Source: Longimicrobiales bacterium
Lineage (GTDB): Bacteria; Gemmatimonadota; Gemmatimonadetes; Longimicrobiales; Gaopeijiaceae
Direction of reading: 5' to 3'
Length of the DNA stretch: 64,000 bases
Assembly (NCBI GenBank): GCA_041690395.1
Contig: JAWLHJ010000007.1
Coordinates: forward strand, 1-64,000
The translations under genes were made by a program, and so were the position numbers. The notes below the pieces were generated by a model. It ran no database searches. It saw only the letters and a list, made by a program, of their open reading frames with translations, and was not told the origin of the DNA. Positions 27,695 through 37,647 of this stretch are shown piece after piece; the first letter of the stretch is position 1; each line of letters starts with the position of its first letter.

Positions 27695-28662
27695 GGTCGG
27701 CGGTCCACCGGCGGCACCGAGCGCAGGAAGAGCCAGAGCGCTTCCATCTCCGTATCCGTCATCTGCTCCGCGTAGGGCCGGATCATCGTCATCGGCGCGA
27801 GGAGCGGGGTTCCGTCGGGACGCGTTCCCGCGCGCATCGCCGTGACGAAGTCCTCGTAGCTCCAATCCGCCAGTCCGTTCTCGTGCGGGGTGAGGTTACG
27901 CGCGGGCGCCCAGCTGGGGTCGCCGCCCGGGATCGGGCCTCCGCCGAGGTCCTGTGTGTGGCAGCCGATGCAGACGCCTCCGAGGTGGCGGCCGAACTCG
28001 ACGGAAGCCTCCGCGACGGGCGGTACCGGGGCGTGGTCCGCGGCGTGGGAGGGGATCGCGTGTGCAGACAGGGGGATCTTGCCCGCCGCGAGGAGCACGC
28101 GGCCCAACGGGCCGAGGGTCACGGGGGGCACGTCCGCGTCGATCGGGGGGAGCCCCTCGATATAGGCGACGATGTCGGATAGCTCCTGGTCCGACATGAG
28201 CTGGAAATCGACCGCCGGCATCGCGCTGGGCCGCCCGTCCGGGAGGATGCCGTGTCGCACGGCCCGGTCCCAATCGGCGGCGGTGTAGCTCGCGGTCCGT
28301 CCGCCGGCGCCGGACGTCAGATTCGGGCCGAGGAGCCGGCCGATGGCGGGGTCGTCCACCATGACGCCGCCTCCAAAGTCCTGGCCATGGCAGTCCGCGC
28401 AGGGGTACCGGGAAGCGACCAGGTGACGACCCCGCTCCCTGGCGCGTTCCAGCGCGAGGGCCGTCGCCTCTTCGTCGCTAAGCTCCAACGCGGCGACCTC
28501 CTCCGTGGCGAGCGGGAAGGGGACGGGGAAGTCGACCGAGTGCGACTCGACCGTGCTCGCCAGGAGGCGGTTGCTCGCGAAGGTCGCCCACACGTAGACG
28601 CCGATCACCACCAGGAGGACGGCGAGGACGCCGCCACCGAGCCACTTCAGAAGCCGTGCCAT
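27691..28662 (-). CDS. membrane-anchored di-heme cytochrome c
   Basis: CADCH and CIGCH heme motifs, each followed by PNLT/RNLT and a distal Met. Confidence 0.9.
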   Translation of the reverse strand: MARLLKWLGGGVLAVLLVVIGVYVWATFASNRLLASTVESHSVDFPVPFPLATEEVAALELSDEEATALALERARERGRHLVASRYPCADCHGQDFGGGVMVDDPAIGRLLGPNLTSGAGGRTASYTAADWDRAVRHGILPDGRPSAMPAVDFQLMSDQELSDIVAYIEGLPPIDADVPPVTLGPLGRVLLAAGKIPLSAHAIPSHAADHAPVPPVAEASVEFGRHLGGVCIGCHTQDLGGGPIPGGDPSWAPARNLTPHENGLADWSYEDFVTAMRAGTRPDGTPLLAPMTMIRPYAEQMTDTEMEALWLFLRSVPPVDRRP

Positions 28663-28897
28663 CGTTCGATCTCGGTGAGGGTTGAAACGGACGGGGCTTG
28701 CCCGATCGTGGCATCATTCGGCCGGTGACCTCGCTTGTCAATCGCCGCGAGTGGGCAGCGATCGGCCGGGAGCGCCCACCCGTGGGCGCCGTGGCCGACG
28801 CTCACGCGACCCTGTGAAGGGCGGCCGGGCCGCGCTAGGATTCCGTCTCCCGGTCGCGGGCCTCCGCGCCGACGGAACCACCTGCAGGAGAAGCGCC

Positions 28898-29845
28898 GTG
28901 TCCCAAGCTTCCGCGTCGCTCGCCGTCCGAGCGACCGGGCTCGTGAAGCGATTCGGCTCGCTCACGGCCGTCGACGGGCTGGACCTTCAGCTCGCCCGGG
29001 GCACCTGCCTCGCGCTCCTCGGTCCGAACGGCGCCGGCAAGACCACGACGATCGAGATGCTCGAGGGTCTAACGCGGCCCGACGCGGGGGAGATCGAGAT
29101 CCTGGGACGGGCCTGGGCGACGGACGCCCAGGGGATCCGTGAGCGCATCGGCGTGCAGCTCCAGGAGACGCGGTTGCAGGAGAAGGTCACGGTGTTCGAG
29201 ACGCTTCGGCTGTTCCGCAGCTTCTATGAGCGAGGGCGCGATCCGGAGGATGTCCTCGAGGTCGTGGAGCTCACCGACAAGCGCGACGCGAGGGTCGAGA
29301 CCCTTTCCGGAGGCCAGCACCAGCGCCTCAGCCTCGCCTGCGCCCTAGTGTCCGATCCCGAGGTGCTGTTCCTGGACGAGCCGACCACCGGCCTCGACCC
29401 GCAGGCCCGGCGACGCGTCTGGGAGATCGTGAACGCCTTCAAGTCGGCAGGGGGGACGGTGCTGCTCACCACGCACTACATGGAAGAGGCCGAGCGGCTC
29501 GCCGACGACGTGGTGATCGTCGACGCGGGTCGGATCATCGCCGAGGGCTCGCCGACGGCCGTCATCGGCAGCCTGCACGCCGAGAGCATCGTCGAACTCC
29601 ACCCCCGCGACGGCACCGACGGGCTGCTCACGGACGTGGCGTTACGCTCGCTCGCCGGAGTTCGCGAGGTCCGACGCGAGGGCGCCGCGTTCACCCTCGT
29701 CGTCACCGACACACAGGCGAGCGTGGGCGCCTTGCTCACGCATCTCGAACAGGTGGGCGTCGAGCTCGAGTCGCTCCAGACGCACTCGCCCACGCTGGAG
29801 GACGTTTTCGTGGCCCTCACCGGGAAGCACCTGCGCGATGGCTAG
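28898..29845 (+). CDS. ABC exporter ATP-binding protein
   Basis: GPNGAGKTT, LSGGQ, FLDEPTTGLD; GTG start after caggag. Confidence 0.93.
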   Translation: MSQASASLAVRATGLVKRFGSLTAVDGLDLQLARGTCLALLGPNGAGKTTTIEMLEGLTRPDAGEIEILGRAWATDAQGIRERIGVQLQETRLQEKVTVFETLRLFRSFYERGRDPEDVLEVVELTDKRDARVETLSGGQHQRLSLACALVSDPEVLFLDEPTTGLDPQARRRVWEIVNAFKSAGGTVLLTTHYMEEAERLADDVVIVDAGRIIAEGSPTAVIGSLHAESIVELHPRDGTDGLLTDVALRSLAGVREVRREGAAFTLVVTDTQASVGALLTHLEQVGVELESLQTHSPTLEDVFVALTGKHLRDG

Positions 29846-30869
29846 CCCGTTCCCCCGGCGGGCCGAGCTCATCGAGCTCACGCGCCACCGTACGCTCTCG
29901 TTCCTCCGGCAGCCGGAGGCGGTGTTCTGGGTGTTCGCGTTCCCGGTGGTGCTCGCCGCGGTGCTCGGGTTCGCGTTTCAGGCGCGAGAGCCCGCACCTA
30001 GCCTCGTGGGCGTGGTGGGACAGCCGGGCGCGTGGACGGAGCGATTGGAGGCCGACCCGCTCATCGAGCTCACACGCTTCGAGACGCTGGCCGAGGCGGA
30101 GCGGCGCCTTGCGGGCGGCCATATCGACGCGCTCGTGCGCTCCGTGGAGCCGGCCGAGCTACGGCTCGACCCGGCGCGTCCGGAAGCGGAGCTCGCGAGG
30201 CTTCGCGTGCTCGTGGTGGTCGGGGACGTGCCTTCCGAAGCGCTCACCGTCGAGCCGGTCACCGAGAACGGCGCGCGCTACATCGACTTCCTCTTCCCGG
30301 GTCTCCTCGGGATGAGCCTGATGGGCACCGGCCTCTGGGCCATCGGGTTCGCCGTGGCCGATATGCGGCAGCGCAAGGTGCTGAAGCGCTTGCTGGTGAC
30401 GCCCATGCGGAGGTCGTCGTTCCTCGCGTCGTTCCTGACCTCGCGGCTGATGTTTCTCGCCGCCGAGCTCGCCCTCATCACGGGGTTCGGGGTGTGGATT
30501 CTGGATGTGCCGCTGCGCGCGTCTCTCCTGGCCTTTGCGACCGTGTGCACGGTCGGCGCCGTCGCGTTCTCCGCGGTCGGGCTCCTCGTCGCCTCGCGCA
30601 CCCGGACCATCGAGGGCGTGTCCGGGCTCCTCAACCTGGTCATGGTACCCATGTGGCTCGGCTCGGGCGTCTTCTTCAGCTACGAGCGCTTCCCCGAAGC
30701 GATCCACCCGCTCCTGCGGGCGCTCCCGCTCACGGCGCTGAACGATGCGCTGCGGGCGGGCATGATCGACGGAGCTGGGCTCGCCCAAGTCCTGCCGGAG
30801 CTCGCGGTGCTGGGCGTCTGGACCGTCGTGCCGTTCGCGGTGGCGCTGCGGGTGTTCCGCTGGGCGTGA
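29838..30869 (+). CDS. ABC-2 type permease
   Basis: YIDFLFPG, LKRLLVTP, SGVFF, LPLT motifs. Confidence 0.9.
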   Translation: MASPFPRRAELIELTRHRTLSFLRQPEAVFWVFAFPVVLAAVLGFAFQAREPAPSLVGVVGQPGAWTERLEADPLIELTRFETLAEAERRLAGGHIDALVRSVEPAELRLDPARPEAELARLRVLVVVGDVPSEALTVEPVTENGARYIDFLFPGLLGMSLMGTGLWAIGFAVADMRQRKVLKRLLVTPMRRSSFLASFLTSRLMFLAAELALITGFGVWILDVPLRASLLAFATVCTVGAVAFSAVGLLVASRTRTIEGVSGLLNLVMVPMWLGSGVFFSYERFPEAIHPLLRALPLTALNDALRAGMIDGAGLAQVLPELAVLGVWTVVPFAVALRVFRWA

Positions 30870-31014
30870 GCGCCCCGTGTATCCGCTTGCGCGCAGGTGG
30901 GTATCCGCGCGCCATCTCGCTGGCAAGGTCCAGGTTCGGAGTCTATGGTGCCGCATAGGACTCTCGTCGGGACGACCAGGCGGAGTCGATCACCGAACCC
31001 GGACGCAGTGAACG

Positions 31015-31443
31015 ATGAAACGCGATCCCCGGCTGCACGGCCTATCCTCTGACCACCACCAGGCGCTGGTTCTGGCCCGTCGCATCGGGCGGCGGGCCAA
31101 CGCCGGAACTCTGGACGCCGAACTGGCGCGAGACGCCGTCCGGCGCTTCCACGATGATGTGGAGCCCCACTTCGTGGTGGAGGAAGAGGTACTGCTGCCG
31201 GCGCTCACCGAAGTCGGTGAAGACGAGCTCGTGCGGCGGACGATCGAGGACCACGAAGCCCTGAAGGCCCTGATGGAATCGGTCGCTGAGGGTGCCGTCG
31301 AGTCCCTCGCAGCCTTCGCCGAGCGTTTGACGGCCCACGTTCGCTTCGAGGAACAGATCCTCTTTCCGGCGTGCGAGGAGAAGTTGGCCGACGCGGTGCT
31401 GGACGAGGCGGCTCGCCGGGCGCCACATCCAGCCACGGGTTGA
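31015..31443 (+). CDS. hemerythrin-domain protein
   Basis: LSSDHH, HFVVEE, EDH, HVRFEEQILFP. Confidence 0.88.
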   Translation: MKRDPRLHGLSSDHHQALVLARRIGRRANAGTLDAELARDAVRRFHDDVEPHFVVEEEVLLPALTEVGEDELVRRTIEDHEALKALMESVAEGAVESLAAFAERLTAHVRFEEQILFPACEEKLADAVLDEAARRAPHPATG

Positions 31444-31527
31444 GCGGCGACGAGCTCGCTCACCGCGCTCGGATGATCCACCGTCAGGAGGAAGCCACAC
31501 GGACGCACCTTAGTGCCCGGCGTCGGT

Positions 31528-31553
31528 ATTATCAAGGGGTGTGCCTTGACAAT
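31528..31553. promoter_or_regulatory. 10-6-10 inverted repeat containing TTGACA upstream of ric
   Basis: attatcaagg-ggtgtg-ccttgacaat (9/10 match between arms). Confidence 0.65.
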
Positions 31554-31623
31554 TGTGTGGCGAGGCGCCAACCTGGGATGACCCCATAGAGGTAGAAGAT
31601 CCGGGGAGCCCAGGAGGAGTCCA

Positions 31624-32340
31624 ATGACGAGCATGACGGAGTGGGGCGAGCGTAAGGTGGGCGACGTCGTCGCCGAGGACTACAATCGTGCGGCGGTTCT
31701 ACAGCGGCATGGGATCGACTTCTGCTGCGGAGGCGGACGGAGCCTTCGGTCGGCGTGCGAGAAGGCCGGGGTGGAATACGAGGTGGTAGCGCGCGAGCTG
31801 GCGGAGGCGGAGCCACGGGGGTCGACGGAGGACCCGGCACCGGACGCCCGGTCGTGGGACCTCGAGGAATTGGCTGGCCACATCGTGAGGGAGCACCACG
31901 CCTACGTACGGGAGACCCTGCCCGTGTTGCGCCAGTTCACGACGAAGGTGGCCCGGGTGCATGGAGCCACGCATGGCGAGCTGGAGGTGATCCAGATGCT
32001 GGTCGGCGAGCTCGGTCAGGAGATGGAACGCCACATGGAGGAAGAGGAGACGGTCCTCTTCCCGAGAATCGCGGCGCTGACATCAGCTGCCGGCGCCGTG
32101 GATCTCGGTGACGTTCTCATGCCGTTGGAGGACGACCACGAGCGAGCGGGTGCGCTCATCGCCCGGATACGGACTTTGAGCGGCGGGTTCCGCCCACCTG
32201 CGGACGCGTGCACGGCCTACCGTGCGACGTATGCGAAGCTGGAGGAGTTCGAGGCGGACCTGCATCGTCACGTGCATCTGGAAAACAACGTTCTGTTTCC
32301 TCAGGCGCGGGCCGCGGCGGAGAACGCGAGGTCCGCGTGA
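31624..32340 (+). CDS. ric: iron-sulfur cluster repair di-iron protein (RIC/YtfE/ScdA)
   Basis: GIDFCCGG, EHH.Y, HMEEEETVLFP, HVHLENNVLFP. Confidence 0.93.
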   Translation: MTSMTEWGERKVGDVVAEDYNRAAVLQRHGIDFCCGGGRSLRSACEKAGVEYEVVARELAEAEPRGSTEDPAPDARSWDLEELAGHIVREHHAYVRETLPVLRQFTTKVARVHGATHGELEVIQMLVGELGQEMERHMEEEETVLFPRIAALTSAAGAVDLGDVLMPLEDDHERAGALIARIRTLSGGFRPPADACTAYRATYAKLEEFEADLHRHVHLENNVLFPQARAAAENARSA

Positions 32341-33035
32341 TCCACGCGTCGGTGGAGCGCGGTGGGAGCGGTGTGCACGCACCGGGATTGGGCGAAAGTC
32401 GACGAGCGATCCTCTCCGCCCTGAAGCAGTCGGGCGGCGCGACGGTCCCGGTGCTGGCGCGGATCGTGGATCTCAACATCGAGACGGTCCGCGAGCATCT
32501 TCGGACCCTCAGGTCGCAAGGGCTCGTGGAACGCCGTGGCACGCGAAGCGAAGGCCCGGGTCGCCCGACCGTGGTGTACGGCCTGACGGCCGATGCCGAC
32601 GCGCTCTTCCCTCGTCGTGAGGCGGAAGTGCTGCGTGAGTTGGCCCTGTTCTTGGAGGAAACAGGGAGGAATGAGGTCCTGAGCGAGTTCTTCGACGATT
32701 ACATCCGGCGGACGCGTAGGGAGGCGCTGGAGCGCGTCCAGGGCCTCGAGGGACGGGAGCGACTGGAAGAGGCCGCCCGCATCCTGTCGGAGCAGGGTTT
32801 CATGGCGATCGTGGAAGAGAGAGACGGCGTCCCCGAGCTACGCCTGTGCCATTGCCCGCTTCGGGAGTTGGTCGAGGTATCGAAAGTCCCCTGTCGCGCG
32901 GAGGTCGAGTTCGTCGGAGCGCTGGTGGGGGAGAAGCTCGTGCGCATCGGGTACATGCCGGATGGGGACGCCACGTGCTGCTATCGTGGCGTGGCGTCAG
33001 CGCTGCGGACCAACTCCACGACAACCGGAAAGTGA
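32337..33035 (+). CDS. SufR-like HTH transcriptional regulator with C-terminal Cys ligands
   Basis: VREHL..L...GLV, GRP...Y.LT, FPRR; CHCP...C..E...TCCY; start position uncertain. Confidence 0.8.
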   Translation: MIHASVERGGSGVHAPGLGESRRAILSALKQSGGATVPVLARIVDLNIETVREHLRTLRSQGLVERRGTRSEGPGRPTVVYGLTADADALFPRREAEVLRELALFLEETGRNEVLSEFFDDYIRRTRREALERVQGLEGRERLEEAARILSEQGFMAIVEERDGVPELRLCHCPLRELVEVSKVPCRAEVEFVGALVGEKLVRIGYMPDGDATCCYRGVASALRTNSTTTGK

Positions 33036-33814
33036 TCCGAGGCCATGCGCTCGTCCACGACGCCGGCCTCGAGGACGTCCCAGCCGGACGTCGGCGCCGC
33101 GAAGACGAAGTCGATCTCCTTCCGGGGATCGTCCGTGGAGAAGGTGTAGCGATAGCCTTCGGCCTTGGCGGCCTCGGCTGCGCGCTCCTGGAAGAGGGCC
33201 AGTGTCCGTGATCCCGGCTCGTCGTTGAAGTCGCCGAGCAGGATCCAGGGGTGGGGCAGAGTGTCCAGGACCCGGCTCAGGGCGGAGGCCTGCCGGAAGC
33301 GATCGACGTCGTCATCGATCCAGTCGAAGTGGACGTTTACGGCCACGATGGTATCACCCTCGGGGAGGACGACTTCGGCCGCCAGCGCGATTCGCGGTTC
33401 CTGGCCTTGGGGGAGCTCGATCTCCCAGGAACGCTCCAGGGGAAGACCCGAGAGGATGGCCATGCCGTACTGCCCGCCCTGGTACTCCATGAAGGCGCCG
33501 AAGAGCGGCGTCATGTCCAGGAGGCGTCCCAGCTCTGCCGCCTGGTCCACCGATCCGCTTCGCTCTGCCTCTCGATCCACTTCCTGGAGCCCGATGAGGT
33601 CGGCTCCGACCACGCGAAGCACGTCGGCCGTGCGCTCCAGGTCGACGGTGTCGTCCATCCCTCGGCCGTGGCGGATGTTGTACGTGACGACGCGGAGAGC
33701 CTCGCGCGCGTCGGCCCCGTCCGCACCCGTGTCTGCCCCCGGGTGGGTGTCGGCAGGCCCGCAGCTCCACGGGCCGAGCGCTAGAAGCAGAAGCGCCGGC
33801 CACCTCCGGCTCAG
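32981..33814 (-). CDS. endonuclease/exonuclease/phosphatase (EEP) family lipoprotein; probable CTG start
   Basis: TYNIRHG, GLQEVD, GDFND, IDFVF, SDHFP; the frame extends to a lipoprotein signal starting at CTG 33814. Confidence 0.85.
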   Translation of the reverse strand: MSRRWPALLLLALGPWSCGPADTHPGADTGADGADAREALRVVTYNIRHGRGMDDTVDLERTADVLRVVGADLIGLQEVDREAERSGSVDQAAELGRLLDMTPLFGAFMEYQGGQYGMAILSGLPLERSWEIELPQGQEPRIALAAEVVLPEGDTIVAVNVHFDWIDDDVDRFRQASALSRVLDTLPHPWILLGDFNDEPGSRTLALFQERAAEAAKAEGYRYTFSTDDPRKEIDFVFAAPTSGWDVLEAGVVDERMASDHFPVVVELVRSADATPR

Positions 33815-35208
33815 AGCCGCACCTCCTCCACCGAGCCAGCCAGCCGGCTCCGCTCCGCCGCGAAGGCCATGACGTGGCTCTCGACCGAAGCGCCGAGGGA
33901 CGAGGTGAGGAGCGAGCTGTCCTGCTGCGACACCGCCTGTACCCAGTTCGCGATGAGCCTCCAGTCTCCGCCACCGTGGCCCGAGCCCGCGTACCGGTCC
34001 ACGTCCAGCACCCGGCTCTCGATGACCTCCCGAGATCCCGTACGGAAGTCATAGACGGTCATCTCGCTCATGTCACCCTCGATGTAGCCCATGCTCCCCA
34101 TGACCCGGGTACGGCGCCCACCCCAGGGGGTGAAGGCCTCCATGGAGAAGCTCGCCGTCACCCCGCCCTCGAAGAGGATGTTCGTGACATAGTGGTCGCA
34201 CTGGTCGTTGTCCATCCGGTAGACGCAGCGCCCGTAGTTCGTCGTGCGGAGGTACTCCAGGATGGCGTCGCCCCACGCCTCGCGGTCGTCCGGCAGGTCG
34301 AACACGTAGAGCCAGGTCCGGTCCCGGTGATAGATCTTCAGGGCGGAGTAGGGGCACTCGGCCTCCACCGCGCATCCGTCCATGCAGCGGGCGGTGCTGC
34401 CCTCGGGCGCGTTGCCCGAGTGGAACCAGGAGAGATCACCGAACGCCTGGATCCGCTGGCTGGGGCGGTCGATCAGCCAGCGGAGCATGTCCAGGTCGTG
34501 CGACGACTTGGCCAGGATGATGGGCGCGGTGGCCACGCTGTCGTGCCAGTTCCCCCGGACGAAGGAGTGGGCCATGTGCACGTGCTCGATGGGCTCGAAG
34601 TGCTGCACGCTTACGACCCGACCGATGGCGCCCGAGCGCATGAGCTCCCGGAGCTTCACGAAGTACGGCGCGTAGCGGAGCACGTGGCAGACGGCCACGA
34701 TTCGACCCGTCTCCTCGGTGAGGGCCAGGATGTCCCGGCATTCCTGTTCGGAGGGCGAGATGGGCTTCTCCAGCAGCACGTCGTACCCCATGCGGAGCGC
34801 CGCCATGCACGGGCCGTAGTGGAGGTCGTCCGGCGTGGTGATGATGATGGCGTCGGCGAACTTCGGCCGGTCGAACACGTGCTCCCAGGTGACGAAGCGG
34901 TGCTCGTCCGCGATGGCGTGGGCCTGTGCGTAGCGCTCGTTCCGGATGGGGATCGGCTCCGCGACGCCCACGATGTCGATCTGATCGGGGTAGGCCAGGG
35001 CGAAGTCACCGTAGGTGTTGCCTCGTGAGCCGGCGCCCAGGGTGATGGCGGTGACGGGCCGCTCGGGCACGCGGAGCGCCTCGGGGTCCGGCAGGATGAG
35101 CGGCTCCCCCGCTTCGTTCCGGGCGTGGGCGGACCACGGGAAGAAGGTGCCTCCGAGAAGAAGGCCCATCGTCTTCAGCGATTCCCGGCGCGACAGATTC
35201 GAGGACAT
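33811..35208 (-). CDS. Tat-exported Gfo/Idh/MocA oxidoreductase
   Basis: SRRESLK Tat motif, GAGSRG, LLEKP, KSSHDLD, GHGGGD. Confidence 0.9.
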   Translation of the reverse strand: MSSNLSRRESLKTMGLLLGGTFFPWSAHARNEAGEPLILPDPEALRVPERPVTAITLGAGSRGNTYGDFALAYPDQIDIVGVAEPIPIRNERYAQAHAIADEHRFVTWEHVFDRPKFADAIIITTPDDLHYGPCMAALRMGYDVLLEKPISPSEQECRDILALTEETGRIVAVCHVLRYAPYFVKLRELMRSGAIGRVVSVQHFEPIEHVHMAHSFVRGNWHDSVATAPIILAKSSHDLDMLRWLIDRPSQRIQAFGDLSWFHSGNAPEGSTARCMDGCAVEAECPYSALKIYHRDRTWLYVFDLPDDREAWGDAILEYLRTTNYGRCVYRMDNDQCDHYVTNILFEGGVTASFSMEAFTPWGGRRTRVMGSMGYIEGDMSEMTVYDFRTGSREVIESRVLDVDRYAGSGHGGGDWRLIANWVQAVSQQDSSLLTSSLGASVESHVMAFAAERSRLAGSVEEVRL

Positions 35209-35298
35209 GAACGCCTCCATGGGGTGCGGAGGGGGATGGCGTGCGTGCGCCGCTAGAGTACGCGTCGGTCCGCCCCCCAGCAACGAGCGGTGGCTCGC

Positions 35299-36765
35299 TC
35301 AGACCAGCCGGAACGCCGCCGGTCCGGCGCCTGTCGACAGGAACGCGCACGCACCTTCGCGGTCCGGGAACCGCCGGACGTAGTCGGTGCGCCACGCCGC
35401 GAGGAAGCGGGTCACGTCCCCGGCCGGCACCAAGGCCCAGACCGCGCCCCCGAACCCGGCCCCGAAGGCTGAAGCCGCCGGGGCGCCGAGCTCCCGGGCC
35501 GAAGCCACGAGATGGCTCGTTTCCGGGACCTGGTTCCCCAGGACCTCCTCGGCGAGGGCCTGCGAACGTGCGGCGAAGTCCCCCAGGGCGTCCAGGTCAC
35601 CGGCCTGGATCGCGACCGCGGCGCCGGGGACGAGCTCCGAGGACTCGGTGGCGAACTGACGGAATCGGGCGAGGAGACGGGTATGGCCCCCTCGGCGTAG
35701 GATATGCTCCATTCGCGTGGCTGCGTCGGGCGAAACGTCCAGAATGGCGCCCAGATGGGGCTCCTCCCTTCCGGTCTCCTCCCGCCAGATACGGGCCGCG
35801 GCGTGCGTCTCCTCGGCCAGGCGGTTATAGACGTCTTTCGCCCCCGCCGCCTTCTCCGCGCGTAGGCCACTGGACGCCACGGCGAAGACCCAGCCCGGGG
35901 GGACGGGTGCGGCTTCTTCGAAGCGCGTGGGGAGAAATCCGTACCGGACTACCTGACCCGGGCGCGCCGCAAGAATGGCAGCATGGTCCTCGTTGCCTCC
36001 GTCGGTGCCCACGCCGGTGGGTCCTTCCAGGCTCGCGGTGGATCGCGGGTGTTCCGCGCCGAGGCCCGGGAAGGGGCGCCCCGCCTCCACCGCCGCGAGG
36101 TAGGCCGCCAGCCGTTCCCGGGCGCCGAAGTCGGCCGGGACGCCCGCGGCGAGTCCGGACCCCAGCGCGTCGGTGGGCGAGGCCGGGCCCTCCGGATCGA
36201 GCCCGGCGGGCCGTTCGGGCCCTGCTGCCCACTCGAGCCCCGCGGCCAGCGCCAGGAACGTGCCCACCACCAGGGCGCTCGAGCTGCTCATCCCCGACGC
36301 GGGAGGAAGATCGCTGACGAAGGCGACCGAGACGCCGCCTGCCACCTCGGGGAAGTCCCGAGCCAGGCGTCGAACCACGGTGGTGGGGTACAGAGCCCAG
36401 CCCCGGGCCGGGGCTGCCGGCGGGGGCCGGAGGGGGAGCCTCAGCGTCTTTCCTCCCTCGGCGTCGAGCATGAGTACCCCGTCTCCGACGGGCTCGCCGC
36501 GGCCTACGAAGCCGAAGCCCCACTCCATCGCAGCGAGTAGGCTGCGACCGCCCGCGTAGTCGGTGTGCTTGCCCAGGACCTCGATGCGCCCGGGCACGAA
36601 GAAGGCGAAGTCCGGGGCCCCACCGGTTCGGGCCTGGAGGCAGGCACTCGCCTCGACCAGGCCTCGGGCCACACGCTCCGAAGCACCTGTTGACAGCCCT
36701 CCGGCTTCGAGGCGCGCCGTCCAGGCGTCGGGCCCGTCCCGTCGCGCGGGCGCCGGTCCGCTCAC
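35299..36765 (-). CDS. galactokinase-like GHMP sugar kinase
   Basis: PGRIEVLGKHTDY, P.ASGMSSSSA, GAGFGGAV. Confidence 0.88.
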   Translation of the reverse strand: MSGPAPARRDGPDAWTARLEAGGLSTGASERVARGLVEASACLQARTGGAPDFAFFVPGRIEVLGKHTDYAGGRSLLAAMEWGFGFVGRGEPVGDGVLMLDAEGGKTLRLPLRPPPAAPARGWALYPTTVVRRLARDFPEVAGGVSVAFVSDLPPASGMSSSSALVVGTFLALAAGLEWAAGPERPAGLDPEGPASPTDALGSGLAAGVPADFGARERLAAYLAAVEAGRPFPGLGAEHPRSTASLEGPTGVGTDGGNEDHAAILAARPGQVVRYGFLPTRFEEAAPVPPGWVFAVASSGLRAEKAAGAKDVYNRLAEETHAAARIWREETGREEPHLGAILDVSPDAATRMEHILRRGGHTRLLARFRQFATESSELVPGAAVAIQAGDLDALGDFAARSQALAEEVLGNQVPETSHLVASARELGAPAASAFGAGFGGAVWALVPAGDVTRFLAAWRTDYVRRFPDREGACAFLSTGAGPAAFRLV

Positions 36766-37592
36766 AAGCGCACCTCCCGCCCTTCGAGCAGCGTCTCGAC
36801 CCGGGGTATGTCCGAGCGCCTCGTGAGGTCCAGCACGCCGGCTTCCACGGGGACCACGCGGACGCAGGCGCCGTCTTCACGCATCCGTAGACGGACCGCG
36901 TCGGGGAGCTCGTACTCACCCCGAGCGGAGAGCGGCACGCGTCGGCAGGTGTCCAAGGTGGCCGGCGTGAGGCGCCAGCAGGTCATGCTCACCATGGGAT
37001 CCGCACCGAAGGTGGCGGCCTCGCCCTTGTCCGGCTTCTCCACGATCCGGTCCATGCAACCCTGCCCATCGACGGAGATCAACGCGAATGACGCGATCCG
37101 CGAGGCCTCGATGCCCGACTTCTCGACGAGCGCTCGCGCCCGGAATCCCGCCAGGCCGTCTCCCTCCAGGCGGCGCACTTCCGAGACCACTGCGGCCGGG
37201 TAGAGGTTGTCGCCGTTGACGACCAGGACCGGATCGTCGTCGGCGAAGCCTCGAGCGGCGAGCAGCGCGTGGGCGGAGCCCGTGGGTTTCTCCTGTACCG
37301 CAACATGCACCTCGAGACGCCGGGAGCCCCTCCGGACCTCTTGCTGTCGCAGGTATCTCCCGATCGGATCGTCGCCCGGGCCCACCACCACGCACACATC
37401 CTGGATGCCACCGTCGGCGAGGGCGCTCATGACGTGGGCCAGGAAGGGGTGGCCGTGGAACGGGATGAGCGTCTTCAGTCCGAGGTCGGCCCAGTGTGCC
37501 TGCCGTTCGTCCAGCGTAGGGTCGCCTGCGTGACTCGCCCGCATGCGCGATCCCCGACCCGCGGCCAGCACCACGGCCTTCGCGGCGCTCAC
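36762..37592 (-). CDS. sugar-phosphate nucleotidyltransferase
   Basis: LAAGRGSRM, QEKPTGSAHA, NGDN, VEKP, S.RGEYELPDA; GTG start at 37592. Confidence 0.88.
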   Translation of the reverse strand: MSAAKAVVLAAGRGSRMRASHAGDPTLDERQAHWADLGLKTLIPFHGHPFLAHVMSALADGGIQDVCVVVGPGDDPIGRYLRQQEVRRGSRRLEVHVAVQEKPTGSAHALLAARGFADDDPVLVVNGDNLYPAAVVSEVRRLEGDGLAGFRARALVEKSGIEASRIASFALISVDGQGCMDRIVEKPDKGEAATFGADPMVSMTCWRLTPATLDTCRRVPLSARGEYELPDAVRLRMREDGACVRVVPVEAGVLDLTRRSDIPRVETLLEGREVRL

Positions 37593-37647
37593 GCGCCGCG
37601 GACGGGGCCGCCGCCCACGGGTGCGCCGCCCACGGGCGCGCCGCCGC

